A stretch of 64,000 nt of DNA. Origin: Octopus vulgaris (Eukaryota). Each line of letters opens with the position of its first letter. Position 1 is the stretch's first letter. The translations under genes were made by a program, and so were the position numbers. Location of the stretch: contig OX597822.1 in NCBI GenBank assembly GCA_951406725.2, positions 7,874,001-7,938,000 of the forward strand, in the 5' to 3' direction. The notes under the pieces were generated by a model. That model did no database searches, was not told where the DNA came from, and was given only the letters and a program-made list of their open reading frames with translations. This document shows positions 26,766 through 41,442 of this stretch, one piece after another.

Positions 26766-27172
26766 ACTCTTTTACTGTCTTTTACTTGTTTCAGTCATTT
26801 GACTGCGGCCATGCTGGAGCACCGCCTTTAATCGAGCAACTCGACCCCGGGACATATTCTTTTGCAAGCCCAGTACTTATGTCATCGGTTTCTTTTGCCG
26901 AACCGCTAAGTGACGGCGACGTAAACGCACTAGCATCGGTTGTCAAGCAATGCTAGGGGGACAAACACAGACGCACAAACATACACGCATATAAATATAT
27001 ATACATATATACGACGGGCTTCTTTCAGTTTCCGTCTACCAAATCCACTCACAAGGCTTTGGTCGGCCCGAGGCTATAGTAGAAGATACTTGCCCAAGGT
27101 GCCACGCAGTGGGACTGGACCAGGAACTATGTGGTTGGTAAACAAGCTACTTACCACACTGCCACTCCTGCG

Positions 27173-27176
<4 letters not shown>
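26766..27176 (-). mobile_element. SINE family B, full length
   Basis: Closely similar to copies at 46464 and 55390. Confidence 0.92.
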
Positions 27177-27251
<75 letters not shown>

Positions 27252-27364
27252 GTATATATATATATGTATAAATGCACAAACTTCTGACTTCGAAATGTGC
27301 ATGCAAACGAGAATCGCGTCAGTCGATACACAAGTTGAAGACGAAAAAGGTTAAATGCTGTTAT

Positions 27365-27750
27365 TATCTACAGGAAACGTCTGAATCAGTGGATGATATG
27401 TTTGTCCGGTCTGGTGACAATATGTGAAAAGTAGACGTATCATTATTATAGGATAACACCGATTCTGTTCATGCAATTACGTGTGATACCATCTCCCAAT
27501 TTTAAGAACATCAACAGCCAGTGATCAGCAGAGAAATGCATGGCAACTTATTTTGACAGGAGAAGGTCTCCATTCGCCTTGATTTGCATTGGAAGTCATT
27601 GTAATAACTGTAGGAAGCGGTAAATAAAATCCCTCAAAAAGCTGAGGGAAACCATTATATATAAGAGAAAGAAAAAAAATTTTAAATCAACCCTCCACTT
27701 CCTCTTTGTGAAATATCAAACCTTGCTGCATCGCTCTAATTCTTGTCCCG
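27365..27750 (+). mobile_element. Decayed mariner transposase fragment
   Basis: Fragments read like xDDMLSRxVTxDE, SAEKCMAT.FD (KVMATVFWD-like) and SLKKLRETI. Frameshifted. Confidence 0.5.
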
Positions 27751-28652
27751 CACACGTTATCCCAAAATGTTTTGGTGATATCCTTGTATTACAGAATGAA
27801 AGTACCGAGCTTTGCGATTATACACTGTACATACTCAGTGAGGAAGTTGTGGCTTCTATTTCGGGTGAAACATAAAGCCTGTAAAAATGGGTTGGTTACC
27901 AATGATTTTAAATTCAACTGAATTATATATTTTTAAGTATCCTCATTATAAGTATTTATACTTCGTTGAAATAAAGAAATCAAATCGGAAATAAATGAAA
28001 CTGTAATCCATCACTGTACACACACACACACACATACACACATATACACACACACATGCACACACAGAGGCGTATATCTACGTATATCTATGTATGTACC
28101 CACATATGTCTGCGCGCGTAGTTTCACCATGATCTATACATACACAGCGAGGGTCGATTCATATGAAAAATCACGCGAACAAAATAATATGACCACATTC
28201 TGATTTTTAAATTTGAAAGTTCGATTTAAATATTGTTTTTCTTAAGATAATCGGACCAAGTGTTCATCTTTTCGAGCCAATCACTCAATGAACTTTTCTC
28301 TCAAATATGGTGAAAATGTGTTCAGCCGCATTCCACTATTTTTCAAACACACAGACAAACAAAGACGATTGAATACAATACACTGCTTTCGCTGGGTAAG
28401 AAGAAAATTGTTATCAACAACTCCGTTAATGAAACCGGATCGTGAGGTACATACCTCTCGCATCACAAAAGCTCCAGTATACGGCAAGATAGTCTTGGTG
28501 TTGTTTATGTTGTTTTCCAAAGTTTCGGAAGTCACTTGAAGCAACAACAGATTTGTTATGGAATATTATTAAAGAAACCAGCCAGTCAAAATTGGATACA
28601 GGGAAATAATTCATAAATTACAGTGAATGATAGAGTAATGCCGATTATTATC

Positions 28653-28732
<80 letters not shown>

Positions 28733-29840
28733 AAGTCGTCGCACAGTATACAAGATCGTGAGGTTGTTGTTGATAGAAGATATTGTCTCTCGGGGGTTTG
28801 TACTGTTTGCCAATTCACAGCTAGAACCTCAGACAGAGAGTACTCTCGCAATATGCGTGCAGTTATAAGCTATGCCGATTTTTTCAATACATCTAGATTG
28901 TAGGGTATTTCTAAGCTTTCCAGATGCTTTTTCAGATTGGTTGGTATTGAACCCAATGCACCGATGACAATAGGGATAACCTTTACGTTCGACTCTCGTA
29001 GCTGTCACATCTTAGCGATCTCAATTTTCTAGACTCCATACTTATCAACTTTTTCTCTGTCTTTCCTGATGATTTGTTGATCTGGCACTGCTACGTCGAT
29101 TGTTAGGCACTCTTATTTGTCCCTACTAATGGTTACTATATCCATCCTCCTTTGCTCTAACACTTTGTCTGTCTGGAACTCAAAGCTCCAGAGGATTTTT
29201 CGCCTTCCCCTTTTCGTCCATTACCTTTCCGGTGTATGTTGGTAAGAAGCACTCATAACCTCATATCCATACTTACGACATACTGGCCAGTGGAGGTTTG
29301 GGGCTACGTTGTCATGTCTGCGCTTGTACTCTTTCTGCGTAAGACTTTCACAAAGACTAACAATGCGAGTCACACTTTCGATCCTCTTCCCTCACATTCT
29401 GCCGAGGTCCGATGCACTTGTGCGGTATATATTCTTTTTCACTGAGTTGGTATTCAATGCCTGGTCCTGGGTCGCGTTGATTAGGCTTTCAGTATTCATT
29501 TTGAGTCACCTTCATGATGCTTCCTGGTCTTTTAATTTGTTGGTTTCCCGATGGAACTGACCATGTAATTCCACATGGAGTTGGGTTTCTTCTCTCTCGT
29601 TGGCTGTACTTGTTCGGAATTCATGAGTACTCTCAAGTCCATTTTGGCTAACCCCTTCTGCACTAGCAGCATAATGAAACAAGTCTTCTTTGCTGTTTAC
29701 CAAATATTCTGCCATGTTATTTCTTTCACTCTTGATGGACTGCCGCACGCTAACCATCCCAGGTACACCCTTACATCTCTTCATGTAGGGGCTGTGTACA
29801 TTTGGCTTAGGATGGATGGAACCATGCATTATCATTGTAG
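28653..29840 (-). mobile_element. R4/Dong-like RLE LINE, 5'-truncated, with (TAA)n tail
   Basis: MHGSIHPKPNV..LHGQFHRET, decayed zinc knuckle, VIPIVIGALG motif. (ATT)n array 28653-28730 at its 3' end. Confidence 0.85.
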
Positions 29841-29857
29841 TAATAATCTGAAGAAAA

Positions 29858-30365
29858 ACGTTATTATTATCCTTTCGTAACTCAGTGTAGGTAAAAAGGC
29901 ACCGGAGTGCAAGTCGAAACAATGACTTCTGACAGATAATACTTTCCTTAAGATGTTCACTGTGCCCAGTAAGGCTGCTTTTTGCAAGACATCAATTTTG
30001 CATGGGATTTCCAGTTGCCTTAAGGAGTCTTGAAGTTTCAATGGGATAGAGCCTGACGCTCCGATCACCACTGGTATCACTTTTAAATTACTCTCTTGCA
30101 TTCCGTACAGTAATGCCATTTTCACTTTCAGTTCGGAGTATTTGGTGATTTTTTCAACCTCTTTACTCACAACATTCATGTCATTTGGTATAGCTACGTC
30201 AAAAATCTGAAGGTATTTGATTCTCTTACTCAATATGACAATATCCGGCCGACGGTGCTCAATTAAACGATCCGTCTAAAAATCATAGTCCCAGAGTATC
30301 GTTGCTTTTCTATCCTCCTGCATAACTGTAAGTTATACATCATCCTCATACCAGTTACTTCGAGT
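29858..30365 (-). mobile_element. Second R4/Dong-like RLE LINE 3' fragment
   Basis: HRRPDI..IFDVAIPND..EKITKYSEL..VIPVVIGASG..LQKAALLGTVNILRKVL with a short ATAATAATAA tail. Confidence 0.85.
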
Positions 30366-30479
30366 TGGTATTTACGTCATAAGAGCCAAGGTCTTCCAGA
30401 TCGTTCTTAGAGTATTCGTTAAATTAACTGATAAAGACATGTTAGAGCATTCATTATTTAAACTGATCAGCTACGCAGT

Positions 30480-32110
30480 CCACATATTCCTGACATTCAA
30501 ACACGCCTCATGCAACATAGACTGGGATCCAGCTGCTGAAAGTTGAACGCATTTTTCCTATGGCGAAAAGGCTAAAGAGACCGGATTATCTGGCAAGTAA
30601 ATGACATCTGACAGGTCAATGATGAATCACAGGCGTTTGGGATTACTGAAGAGGGAGTTTAAATGTCAACATTTAGTACAGAGTGACCGAGAAAAAGATT
30701 AGAGGAAGAGCAAGTTAAACTAGAAGTAGCAATTAGATATGGCATCGTGAATAACGTGATAGGCTGCGTGGCAGATCTAACGGTCGTACACTAAAACAAG
30801 AAGGAACATAAGTCCTCCGGTGGGTTGGCGTTGTTGAAGTAAAGCCGCAGTTCACTCTTTCACAGATCTAGGACGGAGGGTCCTGCACTAAACCAAGCAA
30901 ATATGCGAGGCTTTCCAGCCACACTTTGTACAACTTTTCAGGTAGAGATAAGTTCACAATGGATTATGGACTTTAGTACCATGACGGCCTGCTGCAAATT
31001 TCGGAATATGTGACTAAGCTCTATGAAAAGTCAATAATAGCAACTGAGATACGGCATGTCTTGATTAGTTGTGCAAAGGAGAAATCGGCCGGTTTGGATA
31101 GTCGGCCCTACGAGTTTTACGTTTATATATCAGAGCTATTTTGTGATATCATGGACAATACCTATCGCTAATGGCTGCAAAACGGAAGAAATCACATGTC
31201 TGGTAGCAGTAGTGCGTTAAATTTGCTGAGAATGGACGCCAATGGAGAGTATATTATAGACGGCCTGCTGTAAATCTGCTGCAATCTCGACCATAATCCT
31301 ACTAAATACAGAGATTAAAATATGGGCCAAGGTGTTAGTAAAATGTTGACGCATGTAATGGAGAGTTTCATCGGAGAATTGCAAACCCGTGCAATACCCA
31401 ATAGATTTATTTTCGACAATCTCCAAATCTTGCGTTATATCATAGATGGAATAGAAAGGAACTCTGGTGTCCGTGAGTCTCTCGTCAATTTGGTCAGTCG
31501 AAAGCCTTCCATAAGGTCAGCAATCGCGATATTATGATACCCAGATTCGCACCCATTTTCAGTTGCTGCTTCGCAGTAATTTACATTGCCGACTGCTTGA
31601 TAATTAAAGAAAACGCCCACCTCTCTGGACCGTTCCATATCTCTTGCTCGGTCCGTCAGGAGTGTCCTTTCTCATCTTTTCTATACGTTCTGGCTTTCGA
31701 AACTTTGCTGCGGCAGCTCTTGAAAAGTCCTCCTTTCGAACTAAGATGCAGCACTGTTGTGTCGGTATATGTGAATGATATCAAACTTATGGTGTTATAC
31801 TCTGGGGATGTTCATTAGTATATTCAATTTTAAAAGAATATGAAATGATTGGAGCAGCTAAGATAAATCTGAAGGAGTTGGTAGTCCTGCTGTTCGGCAA
31901 CTGGAGAGGCAAAACTATGCCTAAGAAGAGAATAGTAGGTCAGCAAACGGACGAGTGAAATTACTCAGAATCTGGTTTGACCATGACCTCCAGGTGAACA
32001 AGAACTGGAATGTTCGAAAGAGGTTGGCAGTCTCATTCAGAAACGTGTCGAGGAAAGGTGGTGAATGCACGTAGTATTTCTTTAATTACTTATTACCTAA
32101 CCGTTGTACC
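30480..32110 (+). mobile_element. Decayed L1/Tx1-like LINE RT relic
   Basis: GLDSRPYEFY, NRFIFDNLQILRYII, SVRQECPFSSFLYVLAFETLL and YVND (YADD-derived). Confidence 0.7.
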
Positions 32111-32258
32111 TTGTCAGGCGATACATCTGTGGCCCTCTTGATAGTAGACTTGCTTATTCTGATTACTAATACGCAGACTGATGCTGCCCCTACGTCAGTT
32201 ACACTCTTTTGCACTTTTTTGAAGGCAAAAAAGCAAAATTAAATCCAGTGAAAATCAG

Positions 32259-32642
32259 TGGAAGCACTCCGTCGGTTACGACGACGAGGGTTCCGGTTGA
32301 TCCGAATCAACGGAACAGCCTGCTCGTGAAATTAACGTGTAAGTGGCTGAGCACTCCACAGACACGTGTACCCTTAACGTAGTTCTCGGGGATTTTCAGC
32401 GTGACACAGAGAGTGACAAGGCCGGCCCTTTGAAATACAGGTACAACAGAAACAGGAAGTAAGAGTGAGAGAAAGTTGTGGTGAAAGAGTACAGCAGGGA
32501 TCCCCATCATCCCCTGCCGGAGCCTCGTGTAGCTTTTAGGTGTTTTCGCTCAATAAACACTCACAACGCCCGGTCTGGGAATCGAAACCGCGATCCTACG
32601 ACCGCGAGTCCGCTGCCCTAACCACTGGGCCATTGCGCCTCC
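32259..32642 (-). mobile_element. tRNA-derived SINE family A, full length
   Basis: Head GGAGGCGCAATGGCCCAGTGGTTAGGGCAGCGGACTCGCGGTCG..GGTTTCGATTCCC. TSD-like CCAGTGAA(A/G)ATCA at 32245-32257 and 32641-32653. Confidence 0.93.
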
Positions 32643-33695
32643 AGTGAAGATCAACATAACGTATAACCGTAAGGCCTGAAAACTTAGAATTGCACATGTA
32701 GTGATACAAAAAGCAGTATTGAAAAATTAATTTGAATGATAGTTGCAAGGGCAACAGATGTAACACCGAGAAACTCAATATTCTTCGAAATAAATTTAAA
32801 CGTAATTAAACCATGTTAATACTTTAAATACGAAAATATATCCATATACAAATATGGTGGCACGCTGACTCGATAAAAGAATAGTTCCACTAAGATAACT
32901 TGCATGGAAATAAACAGTAATATTAGCTTTTACATGTTTCAAGATTAACTTTCTACTATTAATTATACCCATATTTATTAAGGCAATAATGAGCCGGAAG
33001 AACGATTGAAGGTAGTTACGAGAAAAGCATTGAACACAGCCAGAAAATTACCGGATTGTCAACACCCATTAGAGATGACTTATTTGATTTATATAAGCGA
33101 CAAGCAAGAATATACTGTAAACTAGAATATCTTCACCGGTATCTTACTTACATGAAATCGGCGTCGATCCATTGGAATACGTCTATCGTAGTTTAAACGA
33201 CTTGTATTACATGGTACTAGTGCGCTCAATGTTTCACTTTTGTATACCGCTTGATACTCGTTTGTGCAAAATGAAACAGTGAAATTATGCGCTGTTTCAA
33301 GAATACAACCTGTCAATCACTTGCAATTACCAATATATACATACATGCACATACACCCCCCCCCGTGCACTCACGTGCACACACTCACTCACACGGGGAC
33401 ACACACACACACACTCACACAAAAGCCTGTACGGACACGCCAACTCGTGCACGCCTCACACACGAGCCTGCACCAAGAAACACGCATATATATGTATATA
33501 TACATGCCAATCTCGCATCTGTCTCTACAGCCACAGGAGGCGTTGCAAGAACTGAATAGACAACTCAACGGACGGATAACATCATCCTTGATCAGCCATG
33601 ACTGACGGAGGCCCTAATATGTATATATATATATATATATATAATATAACATAATATAATTTATGTGTATATGTGTGTATGGTATACTTTATATA

Positions 33696-34698
33696 CAGGG
33701 GTTGGACAAAAGTGGAAACACCTATCATCATAGCATCATAATTTTGAAATATCTATAAAACCGTTAAAAAACCTTCTGGTCAAAACAAAACTCTGAAACA
33801 AAACCAAAACTTTCAGATAGGGATCGTCGGAATCTTAAGCGCATTGTTACAAAGGCTTACAAAAGTACAGATCCTAAAATTACTGCAGACCCTAATGACC
33901 ACCTCGTGAAAGCAGTTTCCACAAAAACTGTTCGCTGTGAGCTGGAGAAAGCCGGCTTTCACGGGGGAGCGTCAATCAGAAAACTACTACTTTCAAAAAC
34001 AAACATTGCAAAGCGTTTAGACTGGAGCAAAAACCTCAGGATCGGTCCCCAGAGCAGTGGAAGAATGTTATTTTCCTTTACTTTACTTCCGACTACCGGC
34101 TGAGTATACGTGTGGAGACAGACAAAAGAAGCATTTGGCCCGGACTGCCTTCTTCCAAATGTTAAACATGGAGTATCTGTGATGATCTAGTGGGCTATAT
34201 CATGGAAATTCGCCGGCCCAATGGTGTCCTCTCATGGCAGAATTAATAGTCAAGACTCTTTAAGTATGTTATCTGATCAACTTCATCCTATATTTTCGGA
34301 ACTGTTTCCGGAGAGAAACGCAATCTTTCAGCATGATAATGCACCAAATCACAGAGCTAAAGTTGTTACTGAATCGCACGAGGAACATTCTAGTGACGTT
34401 GAACATCTTATCTGGCCTTCACAGTCCCCAGATCTCAACATTATCGAACATTTATGGTGCATTTTACAAAAACAAGTAAAGAATCTATATCCTCCACCAT
34501 CATCACTACAAGAACTGGAAACTGTTTTAGCAGAAGAATAGACAAAAATTCCTTTGAAAACAATTCAAACTTTGTACGAGTCCATACCTCGTAGAAGTCA
34601 AGCTGTAATTACTGCAAAAGGCGGTCCTACCTCATATTAAAATAAATTTCTTTGAAATTTTAAGGTATTTCCATTATTTTGATTTTGGCCAATCCATG
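33696..34698 (+). mobile_element. Tc1-like (DD34E) transposon, internally deleted and decayed
   Basis: TA|CAGGGGTTGGACAAAA left end and TTTTGGCCAATCCATG|TA right end. IFQHDNAPNH..WPSQSPDLNIIEHLW. Confidence 0.92.
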
Positions 34699-34703
34699 TA
34701 CAT

Positions 34704-34749
<46 letters not shown>

Positions 34750-34752
34750 ATA

Positions 34753-34873
<121 letters not shown>

Positions 34874-35887
34874 ATATATATACACACACATACATATATA
34901 TGCATATATTTATATATATATATACAGGCACACACACACATATATATATACATATATGCGTGTGTGTGTGTGTGGGGGGGGTTGTATACATTATATATAT
35001 TATATATTTTTTATAGTCTTCCCAAATTTGAAATCAAAATAACAAACAGTTAACCATGAATAATATAACAACAATAATCAGAAATAATTTGTTGGAGTCT
35101 ATGGCGTCAAATATTGAAAGACATTGCGTATACCCCCTCTCTGCTATTTACATAAAAACTACATTGTTGTTTTTATATCAGCGTCATAAATAGCATTATA
35201 TCTATACGACCTGAACGAAGAAATTGCTATAACTATTCGAATATAATTTTATAGCTGTGATACCATTGTATTTCCAGCGTAAACATTGAATCAACTTGTG
35301 CTATTATGACATACAACATCATTCTATATTGCTCTGCTTTTGCACTAATATACCTTGTTTTGGAAAATGTTACTCCAAAAAGGTGAAATGTACATGTCAT
35401 TGAAAATCAATAAATTGAGAATAATATTGTTTTTTACCATTATATCGGTGTTAGAAAACATGATTGGAACAATGTTTATAATACATTGAATTTGGAAAGA
35501 AAACTGAACTTTATATAAAATCAATTATATAATAGCAGTATATTACTCCACATTCGATTTATTTTCATTGTATTTTGTCTAGTTATAACATTTATACACA
35601 GCAGCCATTCCAGATAACGGCCTATCGACGTTCATATTGTTCTTTCTTTTTCACAAATGTTACCACCTACAATATCATGCACAATATAGGCATACATTAT
35701 TTCAATTTCAAATGGTGTTTTGAATATGTTGGCGCCCAATAAATTCTGATTTTTGTTTCATCGATTGTTTGTCACTAAAGTATTGTTACAATTACAGAAT
35801 CTGGTTAACACGTTCGTTTTATTGGCCATTGGTATAACTTTCAAATTGGCTTTCGATGTTTTATGAATGTATACGTATGTCTGCATA

Positions 35888-35970
<83 letters not shown>

Positions 35971-35979
35971 GTATGTAAG

Positions 35980-36011
<32 letters not shown>

Positions 36012-37104
36012 TATGAATATATACATATATATATATGTGTGTGTATATATATATGTGTGTGTATGTATGTATGTATTTATGCATGGATAGATGTATAGTC
36101 AGATGTTAGTTGCTCTGAGCTGCGAACAGCACGTGTATGTTTTCTCTCCTTTAACGGTTTGAATGTTGCAATAAAAACAGTGAAATAAATAAATAAGTAT
36201 CATGAAATCGATAAACGTATAAGGGCCAGTAATGTTTCAGATTTTAACTTTGTATTTTTAAATTTTATTTTTATTATATGCCTTTTTAGATTTTTCTTCT
36301 TTTAAGAAGCTATTATTTTATTCTCAATTCTTTAAATTACATGAATAGGTTCGCAGTCACATTTCTTGTTCTTCATTTCAATGTTGAAGCGATAACTACT
36401 GACTACGATTCAAATGATCGTCTAAAAAAATTACTTAGATATGTTGAGATAAGCAATTAAATATATTGAAATGATTTGACGCATTCAGAATTTGCATATT
36501 TACTTTGAGTTTCTATGTCCTGTTAAATTTTAAGCTATTCCTTCTGCTGTTAATGCCATTTTGATATGAATGCAAGGAATATTGACAAAAAGACCTCATC
36601 AATCTCTCAGTGTCAAAGTATCCATTTGCATGTTTGCTCGAGTGTTTATCAGTTGTATGTAGACTGCCGATAAATCTATGAGCACTATGTGCATGCAAAG
36701 TACAAACAAATGCAAGTCTCTGAAACGCAAATTTCATTATAAACATCTTTTCTCCCAAAAATATTATTGCATATATGGCATTAACATTTTCTGCATCTCT
36801 TGAAAAAGCTCCCTGACATTGCATTTTATAAAGAACAACTTGTGGATAACATTCATACCTTTTCAAATGTAATAGCTGCCTCGTTGTTTTGTTCGAAAGT
36901 TCTTTGGTTACCACTTCTAGCAGGGCACATCAATGCAAAGTTCTTCATTGATTCAGGTAAAAATAACTAACTTCCCGATAACATACAACGTCCGTCAGTT
37001 TGGGCATGTGTTGCATTTTGTTGGGCTGTTGTCATAAACGTCAGCATCACTATAAAGGCGGCAAGCTGGCAGAACCATCAGCAGTGACAGTTATACTATC
37101 GATT

Positions 37105-37300
37105 TCAATTTTTGGCACAAGGCCAGTAATTTCAGTAGAGATTACATCGACTCCAGTGTCCGACTGGTACTTATTTCATTGACCCACAAAAGAATGAAAT
37201 GTAAAACCGACCTCGGTGGAATTCGAACTCAAAACGTAGAGACGGACGAAACGCCGAATAGCAATTTGTCTTAAGCGGTAACGATTCTGCCAGCTCACCT
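37105..37300 (-). mobile_element. tRNA-like SINE family C
   Basis: GAGCTGGCAGAATCGTTA head and GAGTTCGAATTCC B-box. An extra head fragment on the plus strand lies at 37056-37082. Confidence 0.8.
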
Positions 37301-37744
37301 CTTACGCTGTTATAATATGATAATTATTTCAAAATTCGATCGCATGACGGATGAAATACGGCAGACGAGATTACTGTTATATATAAAACATAGAAAATAT
37401 AAGTTTGATGCAATGAAATAAAGTGTCACGATTTTGGCAAACAATAATATAAATACATAATATAATGTTAAAATGATTTCCACAATCTCCAAACGCTACT
37501 AATAAGTAGCTAACTTCTTGTGCCATCTCATATAAAATAGAAAAGTTATCAAGAGGGTGAGAAAATTAGTATTTTTAATAGGCATAGATCGTGAAACTAC
37601 TACGTATGCCTAGGGTAAAATCGATCAGTGCTACACGACTACCTGATGATCATATAATCAAATATATTAGATTTTATTATGGAAATTATGACAAATGAAA
37701 ACTTAAAATATATTCCGTTCTATATAGTCCCGTTTATGGCGTCT

Positions 37745-37944
37745 CTCTTTTACTCTTCTACTTGTTTCAGTAATTTGACTGCGGCCATGCTGGAGCACCG
37801 CCTTAAATCAAGCAACTCGACCCCGAGACTTATTCTTTGTAAGCCCAGTACTTATTCTATCGGTGTCTTTTTGCCGAACCGCTAAGTGTCGGGGACGTAA
37901 ACACACCAGCATCGGTTGTCAAGCAATGCTAGGAGGACAAACAC

Positions 37945-38027
<83 letters not shown>

Positions 38028-38187
38028 TACGACTGGCTTCTTTCAGTTTCTGTCTACCAAATCCATTCACAAGGCATTGGTCGGCCCGGGGCTATAGCAG
38101 AAGACACTTACCCAAGATGCCACGCAGTGGCACTGAACCCGGAACCATGTGGTTGGTTAGCAAGCTACTTACCACAGAGCCACTCCT
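37745..38187 (-). mobile_element. SINE family B, full length
   Basis: Matches the other family-B copies. Confidence 0.9.
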
Positions 38188-38581
38188 TTAATGTTATCGT
38201 TATCATAATGAAAAAATGCGCACACAGTGCGGCGTATATATGACAAATAAAATTGATGTAAAAATAAGAAATAAGTAATGTAATGTTGGGTGACAGTTGC
38301 GATGGTAACTCCAGATATACTTCGTTATCATTAGACTATCATATTAATTTCAGGTGCATTACAAGTGAGATGATATGGGATAGATATACGTATTTTATAA
38401 TAGGTTATTTGTTCACTAGCATTGAATCCGTGAGAATACCCAACAAACTTCGTTGAATATATTTTCTCTGTTGCAGAAAAAGGATGGTAAAATGTAAAAT
38501 GCAAATTTAGCTCGATTAAAATACTAACCACTAGAGATTTTATGTTTTTATAACCACTTGCATATCGTGTACACATGTTAA

Positions 38582-38975
38582 GGAGCAAATATTGAGCTGT
38601 GGTTAAGAATTTTTCTTTTCAACAACGTAGCCTATGTATCGTCCCGCGGCACGTCATTTCTTGCGCGTACTGGCTCCTACAGTACAAAGACGACCAACAT
38701 TTTGCAAAAAAGTTCTTCAATAGGAACGAGTATAGAAGTACATCGAATATACTTCTGCTCGCTTGTATGTATATGTGTAGGTGTGAGAGTATTTTGTGTG
38801 AGAGGGGGTTTTAGTGAATTTACGCTCTGTAACTCAGACGACTGGCAAAATATGTGAGAGATGAACATAAAGTTCATCTAATTAAAATTTGTAACACTTG
38901 TGATTAAAACGAGTGAAGCGTTTCAAAGCGATGCCCCAGGAGAGCTGCAGTGTCATGACTGCTATAAGTAAAAAT
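38582..38975 (+). mobile_element. Old SINE family B-like copy
   Basis: GCTGTGGTTAAG head and GCGATGCCCCAG..CTGCAGT..ATGACTG..TAAGTAAAA tail. Highly diverged. Confidence 0.5.
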
Positions 38976-39095
38976 GTAAAGAGGAATGAATTGCGTAGTG
39001 TGCTCATGTGTTGTGTGTGCTGTATGAGTGTGTGTTTGTTGTGTGTATCCATATGTGTATGCATATATAAATATATATATATATATGTGTGTATG

Positions 39096-39149
<54 letters not shown>

Positions 39150-39159
39150 TGTATGTGTG

Positions 39160-39208
<49 letters not shown>

Positions 39209-39577
39209 AAATACAGTGTACATTTAAACACATAAGGTATACACTCGTGGGATTCAACACGCTAGAATGAACAGCTAACCACAAAATTACGGATAAAATT
39301 CAACAGGAACGAAATGAAAAAATGATAAAATGTTGCCATCTTGTTTCCTGGACCAATTGGTTTCTGATTTTAGTTTAGCAATTAAATAACATATACCCGC
39401 CTAGGTGAAATCGTCTTCAGCTGGAACATCTTGGGTTAAATCTATAAACACGAGGCGATCAACTATGTGCCTCTAGTTTATACATCCTATTTTTTTGAAA
39501 TCTACTGCGCAGGCGCAGCCCTTCGCCGGTAATAAAAAAATGCCAACTTTTAAAAACCGAAAATTATCCAAAAACCT

Positions 39578-39650
<73 letters not shown>

Positions 39651-40673
39651 TGGTTTTGCTTCATGGCCAGCAATTACGAAGGAGAGTGTAAGATTACATC
39701 TACCCTTGAGCTTACCTCCTAATTTTATCGAGTGCGTAATGATAAAAAGCAAAGGACATCGATAGGATCGAGGTGTAAGTTGTGTTACAGATTTTCAAAG
39801 TATTCACTTCATTTATTCTCGCATTTTCCCAAATTCAGCGCAAATTTATGTTCAAAGAATTACGTATTTGTCACGTGGCAGACTGACCAGGATGAACCTC
39901 AGCTCTTACAGTATGAAACAAATGCCTAGTAATATCTTGCAAGGCCTGAAATAACGAGAGATGTACAGAATTGCAGCTTTACGTTGGGTGTACTATACCC
40001 TCAAGTAAGTTGATGAATACGTGTGTGAGATTTCATGTTAAGAGCCCAACGTATTTCTCGACCTCGAAACACTAAAATCCATGCGAGAAACCAATGTAAT
40101 AAAATTTAAATTACTTGAGGAGAACAAAATAAAATACATTTTTAATATCAGTTTTTTTTGCGTGGGCGTTAGTATATGATTCTAACAGATTTGTGTTGCA
40201 ATTATTCAACTAATTTCAAATTCATTGTTGCGCTTTTTAACTGAATGTAAATATCAACATTTGTTTATTTCTGCATTTAACAATCTCCCTTACATTGCTT
40301 TGTTATACTTTATCAGCGTTTTGTATAGGTAACTATTTTACTAGGATGCTTGAAGATGCTTTATCAGATCTCTAAGCCTTCCACTTTGTCCAATTAAAAC
40401 GATATAAATTTCGAAAATGATTATTCACCTCTCTGACATGTACTCTAACATTCACATATAAAAGTGAAATGCATCGTTTTATTTTCAAATCCGTTTCTAG
40501 TTTCTCGGAAAGCCAACTCTGTGTCTTTTTCTCTATGCGTCAAACTTATTCTTCGTTTCATACTGTCATACAAAATAAAAAAAAGAATTCACTCTGAACA
40601 CATTAAGTTAAGTTAAATAAGCCCTGGTGGATTATATTTGAACGGCATGTAACGATAAGAAAATTGTCTGGTG

Positions 40674-40734
<61 letters not shown>

Positions 40735-40735
<1 letters not shown>

Positions 40736-41442
40736 CAATTAACAAGAAATTATCATGTAATTAGCGTGAAAAACCTCATAAGAGAAAAAATCTGAAAATT
40801 TTTTCACTTGAAAATATTTGTTTATATTGTATAGAGGGCATTATTACACATAAATGCCACACGCTAGGAGGGACTTTCAAAGTCATTACTACCAAAAATA
40901 AACGAAACGTACCGAATACAGCTCTCGAAGCAAGACATTTAGAAACAGAATTTTGTTCCAGATCACCTGTGAATTCGCAATTAACGTATTATCTACGTCT
41001 TTTGATCATCAGTGAGACATATTCAGAACATATCATAAATAAACAAAACCAACATACGAAGCGGAACCAAACAGACAACTGTCGCCCCCATCGTAGCACA
41101 TGGAAATGTTTATTCATCATATATTCATGTAAATGGCGGGCTTTTTCGAACTGCATTTCGGGTAGAAACGTGTTTATTCGGAACAAATTTAACAATTAAG
41201 GATAAAATCTTAATAAGAAATCTTAACAAGAAATTATCAAGTAGTTAGCGTGAAAAACCTCATAAGAGAAAAAATCTGAAAATGTTTTCACTTGAAAATA
41301 TTTGTTTATATTGTATAGAGGACATTATTACACATAAATGCCACACGCTAGGAGGGACTTTCAAAAATAAACGAAACGTACCGAATACAGCTCTGAAAGT
41401 CCCTCCTAGCGTGTGGCATTTATGTGTAATAATGCCCTCTTT

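Noticed and set aside
32560-32642. tRNA gene-like sequence (also at 13327, 46250 and 62330)
   Set aside because: It is the head of a multi-copy SINE contiguous with a shared body and TSDs, not a standalone tRNA.
36513-36914. 133-aa minus-strand ORF
   Set aside because: No ATG start, splice signals or recognisable homology.
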